From Actinomycetota bacterium (lineage in GTDB: Bacteria > Actinomycetota > Actinomycetes > Nanopelagicales > Nanopelagicaceae), in contig JBDKIY010000001.1 in assembly GCA_039796875.1 (NCBI GenBank), positions 1-54,695 of the forward strand: a stretch of 54,695 nt of DNA, given 5' to 3'. The notes under the pieces were generated by a model. That model searched no databases, had not been told where the DNA came from, and saw nothing but the letters and a program-made list of their open reading frames with translations. Position numbers and translations under genes: made by a program. Below, piece by piece: positions 1 to 9,396 of this stretch. The stretch's first letter is position 1, and every line of letters starts with the position of its first letter.

Positions 1-1
1 A

Positions 2-427
2 TTGCAAGGGGTGGATGCATTTATTTCAGGAAGTTGCATAGGTATGGATTTGACTGAATTAGAGATTTTGAGACTGCTTTCAATCCATGAAGACTCAGAG
101 TTGATTACCGGGGTAATTGGTGGACAAGGATTCTTATTTGGTCGAGGGAACCAACAAATCAGCGTATCGGTAATAAATTCGATCTCCTGGTCAAGGATTA
201 CAATCATTGCAGCTGAATCAAAATTACTGGGATTATTTCCGGTGGAGCTTTATGTTGATTTTGCAGAGGTAACAAATAATTCTCAAATGCCAAGATTTGC
301 AAAGGTTCGCACTGCGCCAGGCAAGGAAATGTTGGTACGTTTGCGCTCTTCCTCGCAAGAAGTTATGGAATCAATGGATTTTGTGGGTCATGGTCAACAA
401 CTGGTCAGGAGCAGCAATGACAGATAA
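2..427 (+). CDS. C-terminal fragment of an ATP-NAD kinase-like (COG3199/AcoX-like) protein; the 5' end is probably outside the window
   Basis: The frame is open from the window edge. The GGQGFLFGRGNQQIS motif is recalled from the ATP-NAD kinase-like family. Its stop (425-427) overlaps the next gene's ATG at 417. Confidence 0.4.
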   Translation: MQGVDAFISGSCIGMDLTELEILRLLSIHEDSELITGVIGGQGFLFGRGNQQISVSVINSISWSRITIIAAESKLLGLFPVELYVDFAEVTNNSQMPRFAKVRTAPGKEMLVRLRSSSQEVMESMDFVGHGQQLVRSSNDR

Positions 428-1832
428 ATCCCAAATGCCTAAACCGCATCCTTTTATGGCTAACTCAGCTCATGAGAGCTACAAAGAAATGATGCGAGTT
501 GCAGAGGTTAAGGACATAGAAGAGCTCTTTGAACAGATTCCAAACGATCATAGATTCCAAGGCCAGTGGCGTTTTGAAGAGCAAATTGCCTCCGAAGCGA
601 GTCTGCATAAGCATTTAACCTCAATTTTGCGGAAAAATATCTCTGGCGAAGAGTTCATAAATTACTTAGGCGCAGGATGTTGGCAACATTATGTTCCAGC
701 CATTTGTGATGAGATGGTGCAAAGAACTGAATTCTCAACTCCGGTTTGGGGAACTCCATCTTCTGATCATGGTCGTAACCAGGTTTGGTTTGAGTTTTCC
801 AGTCAGCTCGGCGAGTTGGTAGGGATGGAGTTTGTTGGACTTCCGCTCTACAGCTATGGCGCAGCTGCTGGGCATGCAATCCGTATGGCGGCGCGAATCA
901 ATCGACGTAAGAAAGTTTTGATTGCTGGTTCAGTAGATCCAGAACGCTTGAAGGTGATTCGTACTTACTGTGGTTATCCCGAACTAGATGGCTACATCGC
1001 AATTGAAATGATCGCGATAGATGACTCAACTGGTGGAGTAGATATCGCTGACTTAAAAGCAAAAATTAACTCTGAAGTTGCCGCTGTATATTGCGAGACT
1101 CCAAATTACTTTGGAGCATTAGAAATTAATGTAAAGACCATTACGGATTTGACTAAAAAATCAGGTGCTGAATTTATTGTTGGCGTCGATCCAATTACTT
1201 TAGGCGTGGTTACACCTCCGGGTGAGTACGGTGCAGATATCGTGGTTGGTACAACTCAAACTTTGGGTGTACATATGAATGCCGGTGGCGGAGTTGGTGG
1301 ATTTATTGCAACCCGCGATGAAGAGAAATATGCACGCGAATATCCGACGTTGCAGGTAAGCCTCACTGACACCACCGTGCCAGGAGAAATGGCATTCGGT
1401 CTTACTTTGTTTGAGCAATCCTCATATGGCTCTCGCGAACATGGCAAGGATTGGACTGGAAACTCCGTTTATTTGTGGACCGTGGCAAATGCCACCTACA
1501 TGTCCTTACTTGGTCCTGATGGATTCCGAGATATCGGTGAATCAATCCTGCAGCGGAGCCACTATGCGGCTCAGAAAATCAATGAGATTCCTGGGGTAAA
1601 AATCCTTTGGCAAACTGGTTTTTTCAAGGAGTTTGTCGTTAATTTTGATGGAAGCAAGAAAAAAGTTGCTGAGGTAAACCAAGCCTTGTTGGCAAAGAAA
1701 ATCTTTGGCGGCAAGGACATTTCATCCGAGTTTCCCCAATATGGTCAGTCAGCACTTTACTGCGTAACAGAGATTCACACTCAGGCGGATATCGACGCGT
1801 TAGTTTCGGCGCTTAAGGAGGTAACACGATGA
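417..1832 (+). CDS. gcvPA: Glycine dehydrogenase (decarboxylating) subunit 1-like protein (divergent GcvPA paralogue)
   Basis: Collinear with GcvPA over its whole length (GAGCWQHYVP, PPGEYGADIVVG, FFKEFVV). I chose the ATG at 417 (MTDKSQ) because the 40 codons upstream in the track ORF overlap the preceding gene. Several canonical motifs are altered. Confidence 0.75.
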   Translation: MTDKSQMPKPHPFMANSAHESYKEMMRVAEVKDIEELFEQIPNDHRFQGQWRFEEQIASEASLHKHLTSILRKNISGEEFINYLGAGCWQHYVPAICDEMVQRTEFSTPVWGTPSSDHGRNQVWFEFSSQLGELVGMEFVGLPLYSYGAAAGHAIRMAARINRRKKVLIAGSVDPERLKVIRTYCGYPELDGYIAIEMIAIDDSTGGVDIADLKAKINSEVAAVYCETPNYFGALEINVKTITDLTKKSGAEFIVGVDPITLGVVTPPGEYGADIVVGTTQTLGVHMNAGGGVGGFIATRDEEKYAREYPTLQVSLTDTTVPGEMAFGLTLFEQSSYGSREHGKDWTGNSVYLWTVANATYMSLLGPDGFRDIGESILQRSHYAAQKINEIPGVKILWQTGFFKEFVVNFDGSKKKVAEVNQALLAKKIFGGKDISSEFPQYGQSALYCVTEIHTQADIDALVSALKEVTR

Positions 1833-3385
1833 TTAAGTCAAAGATTCGTAAATACCACGCTCCGGTGTGGGATGAACCGTTAGTAATGGAGCTCAGCGCT
1901 ACTGGTCGTCGTGGTTCTTTGGCGCCGGTCACTGAGCCTGGAATTAGTCAAAGTGTTGGTGCAGCTACAGAACTTTTGAATTCTGCACTTCGGCGCGCAA
2001 CCGCTCCAGATCTTCCTGAAATATCTGAATTCGAAGCCCAAAGACATTATTTACATCTATCACAACAAACCTTAGGAATGATGGGAATAAGTCTCTTCGG
2101 TACCTGCACTATGAAGTACAACCCGAGAGTGAATGAACGAATCGTGGGTCAACATTTTGTAACTGAGATGCATCCCTATCAAAATCCAGAGACAATGCAG
2201 GGAACATTTGAAATTATTTATCGTTTTGACAAAATGCTCCGTGAACTTTCCGGGTTAGATAAATTCATTTTTCAAGCGGGCGGAGGTGCGGATGCGGCCT
2301 ATACACAGGCCACTATTACCAGGGCTTATCACGCAGACCGCGGTGAACTGGCACAACGAAATGAAATTATTACTACGGCTCAGGCTCACCCCTGTAACCC
2401 TGCCACCGCAGCAGCAGCAGGTTTCAAAATTATCACCCTGCCTCTTGAAGCGGATGGTTACCCTTCAGTTGAAGCATTAAAAGCTGTTGTTTCAGAGCGA
2501 ACCGCTGCATTAATGGTTAACAACCCAGATGACATTGGTATTTACAATCCAAATATCAAAGAGTGGGTAGACATAGTTCATGCAGCTGGCGGTTTGTGCT
2601 TTTATGATCATGCCAATTTCAATGGAGTTATGACGCGAATTCGAGCGGCAGATCTTGGATTTGATGCATGTATGTACATGTTGCACAAAACCTTTGGCGG
2701 TCAAAAAGGTGGCGGCGGTCCAGCAGTGGGTGCTTATGGCTGTAATGAAAAACTTAAAAAGTACATGCCAGGTCCAAGAGTCGAGCAGGCCGTGGATGGT
2801 TCTTACTACTTAGAGAATGAGGGACCAGAGAGCGTAGGACGAGTTCGAGAATTTCTCGGCAATGTTCCAGTTGTAATTCGTGCCTACTCATGGACTCGAG
2901 CCATGGGAATTGATGGTTTACGCGATGCTGCCAATATTTCAGTTTTGGCAAACAATTACATGGAGAAGCGATTGCTCGCGATTCCTGGCATAACCAAAGG
3001 CTTGCCACAGTTAACACAACGTCGACTAGAGATGACTCGTTACAGTCTTGGTGAGATAACTGCGGAAACAGGGGTTAGCTGTATTGACATTCAAAACCGC
3101 ATGACTGATTACGGTGTGGATGCATATTGGCTAAGTCATGAACCTTGGTTTATACCTGAACCATTCACTCCAGAAGCCGGCGAGCTTTGGTCCATCGAAG
3201 ATATTGATTACTGGATTGATGTATTAGAAACGGTTTGTAATGAAGCTCGGGCGAACCCTGAACTTGTGAAAAGCTCTCCTCATAATCAGGTTGTGCATCG
3301 CCAAGGCGGAACCAATCTCAATGATCCGAGTAAGTGGGCAACTACTTATCGGGCATATAAACGAAAGTATGGCCGCGCCAATTAA
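1829..3385 (+). CDS. gcvPB: Glycine dehydrogenase (decarboxylating) subunit 2-like protein (GcvPB-like, PLP-dependent)
   Basis: Contains GTCTMKYNPR and a HKTFGGQKGGGGP PLP-lysine region. There is a 4-nt ATGA overlap with the upstream subunit gene. Confidence 0.78.
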   Translation: MIKSKIRKYHAPVWDEPLVMELSATGRRGSLAPVTEPGISQSVGAATELLNSALRRATAPDLPEISEFEAQRHYLHLSQQTLGMMGISLFGTCTMKYNPRVNERIVGQHFVTEMHPYQNPETMQGTFEIIYRFDKMLRELSGLDKFIFQAGGGADAAYTQATITRAYHADRGELAQRNEIITTAQAHPCNPATAAAAGFKIITLPLEADGYPSVEALKAVVSERTAALMVNNPDDIGIYNPNIKEWVDIVHAAGGLCFYDHANFNGVMTRIRAADLGFDACMYMLHKTFGGQKGGGGPAVGAYGCNEKLKKYMPGPRVEQAVDGSYYLENEGPESVGRVREFLGNVPVVIRAYSWTRAMGIDGLRDAANISVLANNYMEKRLLAIPGITKGLPQLTQRRLEMTRYSLGEITAETGVSCIDIQNRMTDYGVDAYWLSHEPWFIPEPFTPEAGELWSIEDIDYWIDVLETVCNEARANPELVKSSPHNQVVHRQGGTNLNDPSKWATTYRAYKRKYGRAN

Positions 3386-3417
3386 GAGATTACAACGACC
3401 ATCTAAGATGTGTTGAT

Positions 3418-4365
3418 ATGAGAGTAAATCATGCTGCGATTATTGGTGCTGGCGCAATTGGGGTTGGATGGGCCATTGTTTTTGCTCGCTCAGGTGTTGC
3501 GGTAAATGTCTATGATCTGGATGACAAGCAATTAGGGAGTTTCCACTCTCGAGTAGAAGAGAGATTAAAACTACTTGCCGAAAACCAATTGTTGGATCGA
3601 GATATCAATGAAATTTTGGAGCAGATTAATACCTTTAAATCTCTCCAGGATGCATGTGCCAATGTCTCCTATCTACAAGAATGTGGACCAGAACGGCTTG
3701 AGATCAAGAAATCACTCTTTGCAGAGCTGGAGTCAATAACCTCCACTCAAACAATCATTGCGAGCTCTTCATCTGCTTTGAAACCTTCAGCCATGGCCGC
3801 GGAGTTACAGAATCCGGAACGTTTTTTAGTTGTCCATCCTGCAAATCCTCCTTATCTACTTCCCATAGCTGAGGTAGTGCCATCACCGAGCACCAATTCG
3901 GAGACAATTAAACAAACCATGGAGCTCCTTACTGAATTGGGAATGAAACCAGTTCTAATCAATGGAGAGCCCGAAGGTTTTGTTTTTAATAGGTTGCAAG
4001 GTGCGATTTTGCGTGAGGCCTATTGCTTAGTCAGAGATGGTGTGATCTCAGCTAAGGATTTGGATTTGGTTGTTACCCAAGCTTTGGGAAGGCGATGGTC
4101 AGTAATTGGTCCGTTTACCACCTCTGCGCTTAATGTTAAAGGTGGAAATCGAGCACATGCGGCTCGCATGGCTGATAGCTACCACCGAATGGGATTAGAG
4201 CGCGGCCAAGATGATCCATGGAGCGATGAATTAGTTGAAAAAGTAAGCAATTCGATAGAGCAAGCCTGGAAGGTTGAAGACTGGGAGAAAAATGTTTTAC
4301 GCAGAGACTTGGCGTTAATGCACCTGTTGAAATTTATCCAACAAGATCCAGACCTTACGCTTTAA
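3418..4365 (+). CDS. 3-hydroxyacyl-CoA dehydrogenase family protein, of the L-carnitine / L-gulonate 3-dehydrogenase (lambda-crystallin)-like subgroup
   Basis: N-terminal Rossmann motif IIGAGAIGVGWA. HPANPPYLLPIAEVVP and GFVFNRLQGAILREA resemble the free 3-hydroxyacid dehydrogenase branch. Confidence 0.75.
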   Translation: MRVNHAAIIGAGAIGVGWAIVFARSGVAVNVYDLDDKQLGSFHSRVEERLKLLAENQLLDRDINEILEQINTFKSLQDACANVSYLQECGPERLEIKKSLFAELESITSTQTIIASSSSALKPSAMAAELQNPERFLVVHPANPPYLLPIAEVVPSPSTNSETIKQTMELLTELGMKPVLINGEPEGFVFNRLQGAILREAYCLVRDGVISAKDLDLVVTQALGRRWSVIGPFTTSALNVKGGNRAHAARMADSYHRMGLERGQDDPWSDELVEKVSNSIEQAWKVEDWEKNVLRRDLALMHLLKFIQQDPDLTL

Positions 4366-5134
4366 CAGTTTTACGAGAGCTTTGCACCAGCGCTCGTACT
4401 TTTGCCAACTCCTCTTCAGTGGGCTCTGCAGTGACTGTGATTTCGGGAGCCACCTTTAAATCCCACGAGGTATTTTCTTTTACCTGCTCGACACTCACTC
4501 CGGGATGAAGTTGAACTAAAGTCAATTCGCAGGTTTTGGGATCTGGTTTTAAAACACACAGGTCGGTAATTACGGCAGAGGGACCACGACCCAACAGACC
4601 TGCAGATTCTCTTGAGCCTGGACCATCACCAAAACCAAGCGAGGTAACAAAGTCAATCTTTTCAACAAATGCTCGCGGTGAGTGCTTCAGAATTATTACG
4701 ACCTCTTTACAGGCCCCAGCTATCTCTGGAGCACCTCCAGCTCCTGGCAAGCGAACCTTTGGGTTTGCGTAATCAGATCCAATTATTGTCGTGTTTATGT
4801 TAGCGAATTTATCTATTTGAGCCGCTCCCAAAAATCCCATGTCTATACGGCCGGGCTGCAACCAATAGTTAAAAATCTCAGGCATGCTAACAACAGTTAA
4901 TGCTTGATTTGCCAATTCTCCATCACCAATTGAAAGCGGCAATTTTTGTGGATTGGTGTTTATGGTCCCAGACTCATAAATCAAAAATAAATTAGGTGCT
5001 TGCATTGATTTCGCCAAAATTGCAGCGGTGCTTGGAATTCCAATTCCCACAAAGCAAATCATTTCATTCTGCAAAGAACGAGCTGCGGCAATAGTCATCA
5101 TTTCTGTGCTATTCCAAGTCATATCGTTACTCAA
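4355..5134 (-). CDS. CoA-transferase subunit B (3-oxoacid / glutaconate CoA-transferase family)
   Basis: Family-typical LPGAGGAPEIA and IYESG motifs. It has a 4-nt overlap with the subunit A gene. Confidence 0.8.
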   Translation of the reverse strand: MSNDMTWNSTEMMTIAAARSLQNEMICFVGIGIPSTAAILAKSMQAPNLFLIYESGTINTNPQKLPLSIGDGELANQALTVVSMPEIFNYWLQPGRIDMGFLGAAQIDKFANINTTIIGSDYANPKVRLPGAGGAPEIAGACKEVVIILKHSPRAFVEKIDFVTSLGFGDGPGSRESAGLLGRGPSAVITDLCVLKPDPKTCELTLVQLHPGVSVEQVKENTSWDLKVAPEITVTAEPTEEELAKVRALVQSSRKTVKA

Positions 5135-5976
5135 TTGCCACCACCTGAGAAAATTTCACTGTTTAGCCAATTTTCAAAAGTATCGCGTTCCTTACTTATT
5201 TCATCCCATGCAATGTATTGATCATTATCACGTTCGTAATAACCTGATGCATATGAAGGCCAAGCGCCCCGAGGGGCCACTGCAAGTGCGGTAATTAGTT
5301 TTTCGGGAATTATTACGGAGCTATTTCGTGGCTCAAACTCATCAACTATTTCTTCGACTGTAATGATTACTTTCTTGGCAGCGAATATCGCTTCTTTAGA
5401 TGAACCGAGAATGCCCCAGGACATAACATTATTTTTGCGATCTGCTTGTTGAGCATGAATTATCGTCACATCTGGATTTAGCGCAGCTACAGCTAACAAT
5501 CTTTCATTTCCAAACGGCGAATCAATTTGGGCAATGTTTTGAGTTTTTGTTAAGAGATCAGTTCCGGCGTAGCCGCGTAATATCGCAAACGGGAGACCCG
5601 ACGCACCCGCTACATATCTGTTGGTCATTCCTGCGTGGGTGTGCTCTTCAATCTCAATAGCCCTGGGCCAATGATTAGCAAGGGCATCTCGCAAACGATG
5701 CAGGGAACCAACTCCCGGGTTGCCTCCCCAAGAGAAAATCAGTTTTGCTACACATCCAGCGCCAATCATTTGATCGTATATGAGGTCAGGCGTTAGACGA
5801 ATTGCGGTGAGATTGCGCTTCTTTTGGCGAATAATTTCTTGACCGGCAGCGAATGGAATCAGGTGGGTGAATCCCTCTAACGCAATTGTGTCACCGTCAT
5901 TCACATGCAATGAGATGGCCTCAGCCAGACTCATCAATTTACTCAAAGTGTCACCGTATTTCTTTTGGCCCGACAA
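5131..5976 (-). CDS. CoA-transferase subunit A
   Basis: Contains LMSLAEAIS..V.DGDTIALEGF and a WGGNPGVGS-type motif. The start is TTG at 5976, though the ATG at the M15 codon is also possible. Confidence 0.8.
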   Translation of the reverse strand: MSGQKKYGDTLSKLMSLAEAISLHVNDGDTIALEGFTHLIPFAAGQEIIRQKKRNLTAIRLTPDLIYDQMIGAGCVAKLIFSWGGNPGVGSLHRLRDALANHWPRAIEIEEHTHAGMTNRYVAGASGLPFAILRGYAGTDLLTKTQNIAQIDSPFGNERLLAVAALNPDVTIIHAQQADRKNNVMSWGILGSSKEAIFAAKKVIITVEEIVDEFEPRNSSVIIPEKLITALAVAPRGAWPSYASGYYERDNDQYIAWDEISKERDTFENWLNSEIFSGGGN

Positions 5977-6076
5977 ATTTATTGATCAGGCTGGGAACAG
6001 GTAGTTGCAGATGCTACTAATTCCACTCCGAATACTCTAGGTTTAGGGAGAAGAAAAAGTAGACGGGATAGTTCGT

Positions 6077-6832
6077 ATGTCGAACCAAAGATTGTCTAGT
6101 CATGTAGCGGTTGTGACTGGTGGCGCTTCTGGAATTGGCGCCGAAATCTGTAACCAGCTGTTAACGAAAGATTATCGAGTTTATTCACTTGATCTTTATT
6201 CAAACATCACCACAGAGCCAGCCAGCGAAGCTGTGCATTTAGATTGCGATATAACAAGCGAATCGGAATTGGAAAGTTGCTTTCAAGAAATTGCCAGCCA
6301 TGGTGAAATAGATTCACTATTTATTAATGCTGGAGTAGTTCCAAATTGGAGTGGGGTTTCTCAATTTTCCAGAGAAGCTTGGGATGACGTCATGAATATA
6401 AATGTAATTGGCGCCGCGTTGACCTTAAAGTATGGAGTTTCATTACTAAGAAAACCTGGAGGCAATGTCGTTTTTACCGCCTCATTGAATTCTTGGAAGG
6501 GCGATCCAAACATTGCCTCTTATGTTGCGAGCAAACATGCCATTCTCGGACTAATGAAATCAGCTGCGATGGAGTTGGGGCCACAAGGCATTCGCGTCAA
6601 CGCGATCGCTCCCGGACCAATTGCAACTAAAGCATTACAAGATCGCATTAGGGCTCGATCGAACGGGGATGATGAGTTGGTGAAGGCTGCCTTTGCGAAG
6701 TTATCTTCAGTGACCGCGCTGCAAAGAATTGCCAGCAGCGAGGAGGTTGCTAATGTTGCAATGTTCTTGGCATCCGACCAATCTTCAGGCGTTACTGGTC
6801 AGATGATTAACGTTGACTGTGGGGTTCTATAA
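6077..6832 (+). CDS. SDR family oxidoreductase
   Basis: TGGASGIG cofactor motif, NAG motif and YxxxK (YVASK). Confidence 0.85.
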   Translation: MSNQRLSSHVAVVTGGASGIGAEICNQLLTKDYRVYSLDLYSNITTEPASEAVHLDCDITSESELESCFQEIASHGEIDSLFINAGVVPNWSGVSQFSREAWDDVMNINVIGAALTLKYGVSLLRKPGGNVVFTASLNSWKGDPNIASYVASKHAILGLMKSAAMELGPQGIRVNAIAPGPIATKALQDRIRARSNGDDELVKAAFAKLSSVTALQRIASSEEVANVAMFLASDQSSGVTGQMINVDCGVL

Positions 6833-6874
6833 GACCATGAGATTAGGCACTAAGACTAGAAAAAAGGAGATTAA

Positions 6875-7657
6875 GTGAGCGAAGAAATACAGGGTATAAA
6901 TCTCACAGGAAAGCGGATACTAATTACGGGTGCATCGCGCGGAATTGGCGCTGCCGTAGCTTTAGTGGTTGCTAAGGCAGGCGCAGAAGTTATTGCACAT
7001 TTTGGAGGTCATGCTTCTGGTGCAATAGAAAATTTAAAAGATATTTCGGAAGATAGAAAAGAATTCATACAGACAGATTTAAGTAAGCCTGGATCCGCTC
7101 GGGAACTTTGGGCTAAGGCAACTGCTGGAAGTAAGCGGATAGATGTTGTAATAAATAATGCAGCAATTAATCTTGAAACCCCATTTGAAGGCGACAATGA
7201 ACAGTGGGACTTGGGTTGGAATCAAACTATGCAGGTTAATGTCCTAGAGTCTTCTTCTTTGATTAAGGAAGCGGTAAATCACTTTTTGTCACATAACGGC
7301 GGAGTATTAATAACTATGTCGAGCTGGTCTGGCCAACGCGGATCTGCTTTAGCAACCCTGCCGGCCTATGCGGCATCAAAAGCTGCAATGAAGGCTGTAA
7401 CTCAAACGGTGGCGCAGTCTTATGCAAAACAAAATATTCAGGCTTATACGATTGCTCCTGGAATAGTAAAAACTCGAATGTCAGAACAAGCGGCAATACT
7501 GCGTGGCGGAGAAGAAAAAATGAAAGCGGCTCTTGCAATGGGCGAGCTAGTTCCGCCGCAGGAGATAGGCGAATTAGTTGCATTTCTAGCCTCTGGCAAA
7601 GCCCGTCATCTAACAGGAGCCACCTTTGATATAAATGGCGCAAGCTATATTAGATAA
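6875..7657 (+). CDS. SDR family oxidoreductase
   Basis: TGASRGIG, NNAA and YAASK motifs. GTG start preceded by an aaaaggaga Shine-Dalgarno sequence. Confidence 0.85.
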   Translation: MSEEIQGINLTGKRILITGASRGIGAAVALVVAKAGAEVIAHFGGHASGAIENLKDISEDRKEFIQTDLSKPGSARELWAKATAGSKRIDVVINNAAINLETPFEGDNEQWDLGWNQTMQVNVLESSSLIKEAVNHFLSHNGGVLITMSSWSGQRGSALATLPAYAASKAAMKAVTQTVAQSYAKQNIQAYTIAPGIVKTRMSEQAAILRGGEEKMKAALAMGELVPPQEIGELVAFLASGKARHLTGATFDINGASYIR

Positions 7658-7827
7658 CAGTTTGAAATAATTTATAGAGTAGTTTTCGGTAAAGCAAAAA
7701 CGCTTGTTGTTCGCATGTAGAACAAAGATTTCTATGCGAATTCTCTTTCAATTGACCCTCGCGTGTGACAGTATTCTGCGGTCAAGAAGAACTAAAAGTT
7801 CTTCATTTCTGAAGGAGTTATAGCTGA

Positions 7828-8589
7828 ATGACCGAGCAAAGCAACACCATAATCTCGCTTCGAGAGATTAAAAAGTCATTTGGCTCTACAGAGGTATTGC
7901 ACGGAATTGATCTTGATGTAAAAGCCGGAAGTCATACAGTTATTTTTGGTCCGTCAGGTTCCGGTAAATCAACTGTTTTGCGAACTATGAATCTGTTAGA
8001 AAAACCTGATTCTGGATCTATTGCATTTGAAGGACGAGAGTACGGTCCAGGAATTAAGGATTCGAGTCTCGAACATGGAAAACCAATCGAATTACGTAGA
8101 CGTGTAGGAATGGTTTTCCAACAGTTCAATTTATTTCCACACTTCTCCGCGATAGATAACATCGCGATACCTTTAGCGTCAGTCTCTGGCATTTCGAAAA
8201 CTGAAGCTCGTGAACGCGGAGCTGTCGAATTGAAAAAAGTTGGGTTATTGAAGTGGGCCGGAAATTATCCGAGTCAATTATCTGGCGGTCAGCAACAACG
8301 AGTTGCTATTGCAAGAGCTTTAAGTATGGATCCAACCTTGATGTTATTTGATGAACCGACCTCTGCACTTGATCCGGAATTAGTGGGAGAGGTTCTAGCG
8401 GTAATGAGATCTTTGGCGGAAAGTGGAATGACGATGGTAGTCGTGACCCATGAGATGAACTTTGCAAAGGAAATAGGCGACCAGCACATATTTATGGAGG
8501 CAGGAAATATCGTGGCTACAGGGGACGCGAATTTCTTCGAAAACTGTACAAATGAACGTGCTCGTCAATTCATAGGGTCGGTGCTCTAA
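7828..8589 (+). CDS. Amino acid ABC transporter ATP-binding protein (GlnQ/HisP-like)
   Basis: Walker [10 protein letters not shown], signature [15 protein letters not shown], Walker [13 protein letters not shown]. Confidence 0.92.
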   Translation: MTEQSNTIISLREIKKSFGSTEVLHGIDLDVKAGSHTVIFGPSGSGKSTVLRTMNLLEKPDSGSIAFEGREYGPGIKDSSLEHGKPIELRRRVGMVFQQFNLFPHFSAIDNIAIPLASVSGISKTEARERGAVELKKVGLLKWAGNYPSQLSGGQQQRVAIARALSMDPTLMLFDEPTSALDPELVGEVLAVMRSLAESGMTMVVVTHEMNFAKEIGDQHIFMEAGNIVATGDANFFENCTNERARQFIGSVL

Positions 8590-9339
8590 ATGGATAATGA
8601 ATTAAAAGTTAATTTCATGTGGCATCTCATCTGGGATTATAAAGGTGAGCTTATTCAAGGTCTATGGACCGCAGTTGCCGTCTCCATATCGGCCCTTTTT
8701 CTGTCGTTATTCCTAGGCCTGATCTTTGCCCTTGCGAAGATGAGCCGATTCGCCATTTTTCGGGGCATTTCGACATTTTATGTAAACATTTTTCGAGGCA
8801 TCCCAGCGCTCGTGAGCGTTATTTGGGTTTATTTTGGTTGGTCTTTACTTTTCGGAAGAAATTTCTCGGTTTATCAAGCAGGAGTGATTGCTTTAACACT
8901 GCTTTATTCTGCATTTTTCTCAGAAATATTTAGATCGGCGCTACAAGCAATTCATAAAGGACAACGCGAAGCCGGAATGGCGCTAGGAATGACTCGTTTC
9001 AGAATTTTTCGTTCCATAATCATGCCGCAGGGCTTGAAAATAGCGATACCAAACATTGGAAGTATGTATATAGGAATGATTAAAGACACTTCAACCTTTG
9101 CTGTAATCGGACTTGCCGAGGTTGTTCGTGTTACTCAGACTATTAATTCGCAGTATTTTCAACCTTTTGTTCTCTATACCGCAGCGGCTGTTATGTACGT
9201 TGCAATCGCATTTCTTGTTGACTATATATTTAAAGGTTTTGAAAGCACTATCACCTATCCCTCTAATGGGATTTTGTACAAGTTTCTTACCCGTAAGAAG
9301 AGAGCTCATGTTCAGGAGTTGATAAACGCCAATTCCTAA
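8590..9339 (+). CDS. Amino acid ABC transporter permease (His/Glu/Gln/Arg/opine family)
   Basis: Multi-pass hydrophobic protein with an EAA-like loop (REAGMALGMTRFRIFRSIIMPQ). It starts 1 nt after the ATPase stop. Confidence 0.88.
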   Translation: MDNELKVNFMWHLIWDYKGELIQGLWTAVAVSISALFLSLFLGLIFALAKMSRFAIFRGISTFYVNIFRGIPALVSVIWVYFGWSLLFGRNFSVYQAGVIALTLLYSAFFSEIFRSALQAIHKGQREAGMALGMTRFRIFRSIIMPQGLKIAIPNIGSMYIGMIKDTSTFAVIGLAEVVRVTQTINSQYFQPFVLYTAAAVMYVAIAFLVDYIFKGFESTITYPSNGILYKFLTRKKRAHVQELINANS

Positions 9340-9396
9340 ACAGATTTCATACTGGTAAGAAAACCAAGCAATATCCAAACGTTCGGAAGGAATACA

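Noticed and set aside
297-416. Forty extra N-terminal codons of the GcvPA-like track ORF.
   Set aside because: This segment (MQRFALRQARKCWYVCALPRKKLW…) is Trp/Cys/Arg-rich and overlaps the 3' end of the preceding gene in another frame. Similarity to GcvPA starts after the ATG at 417.
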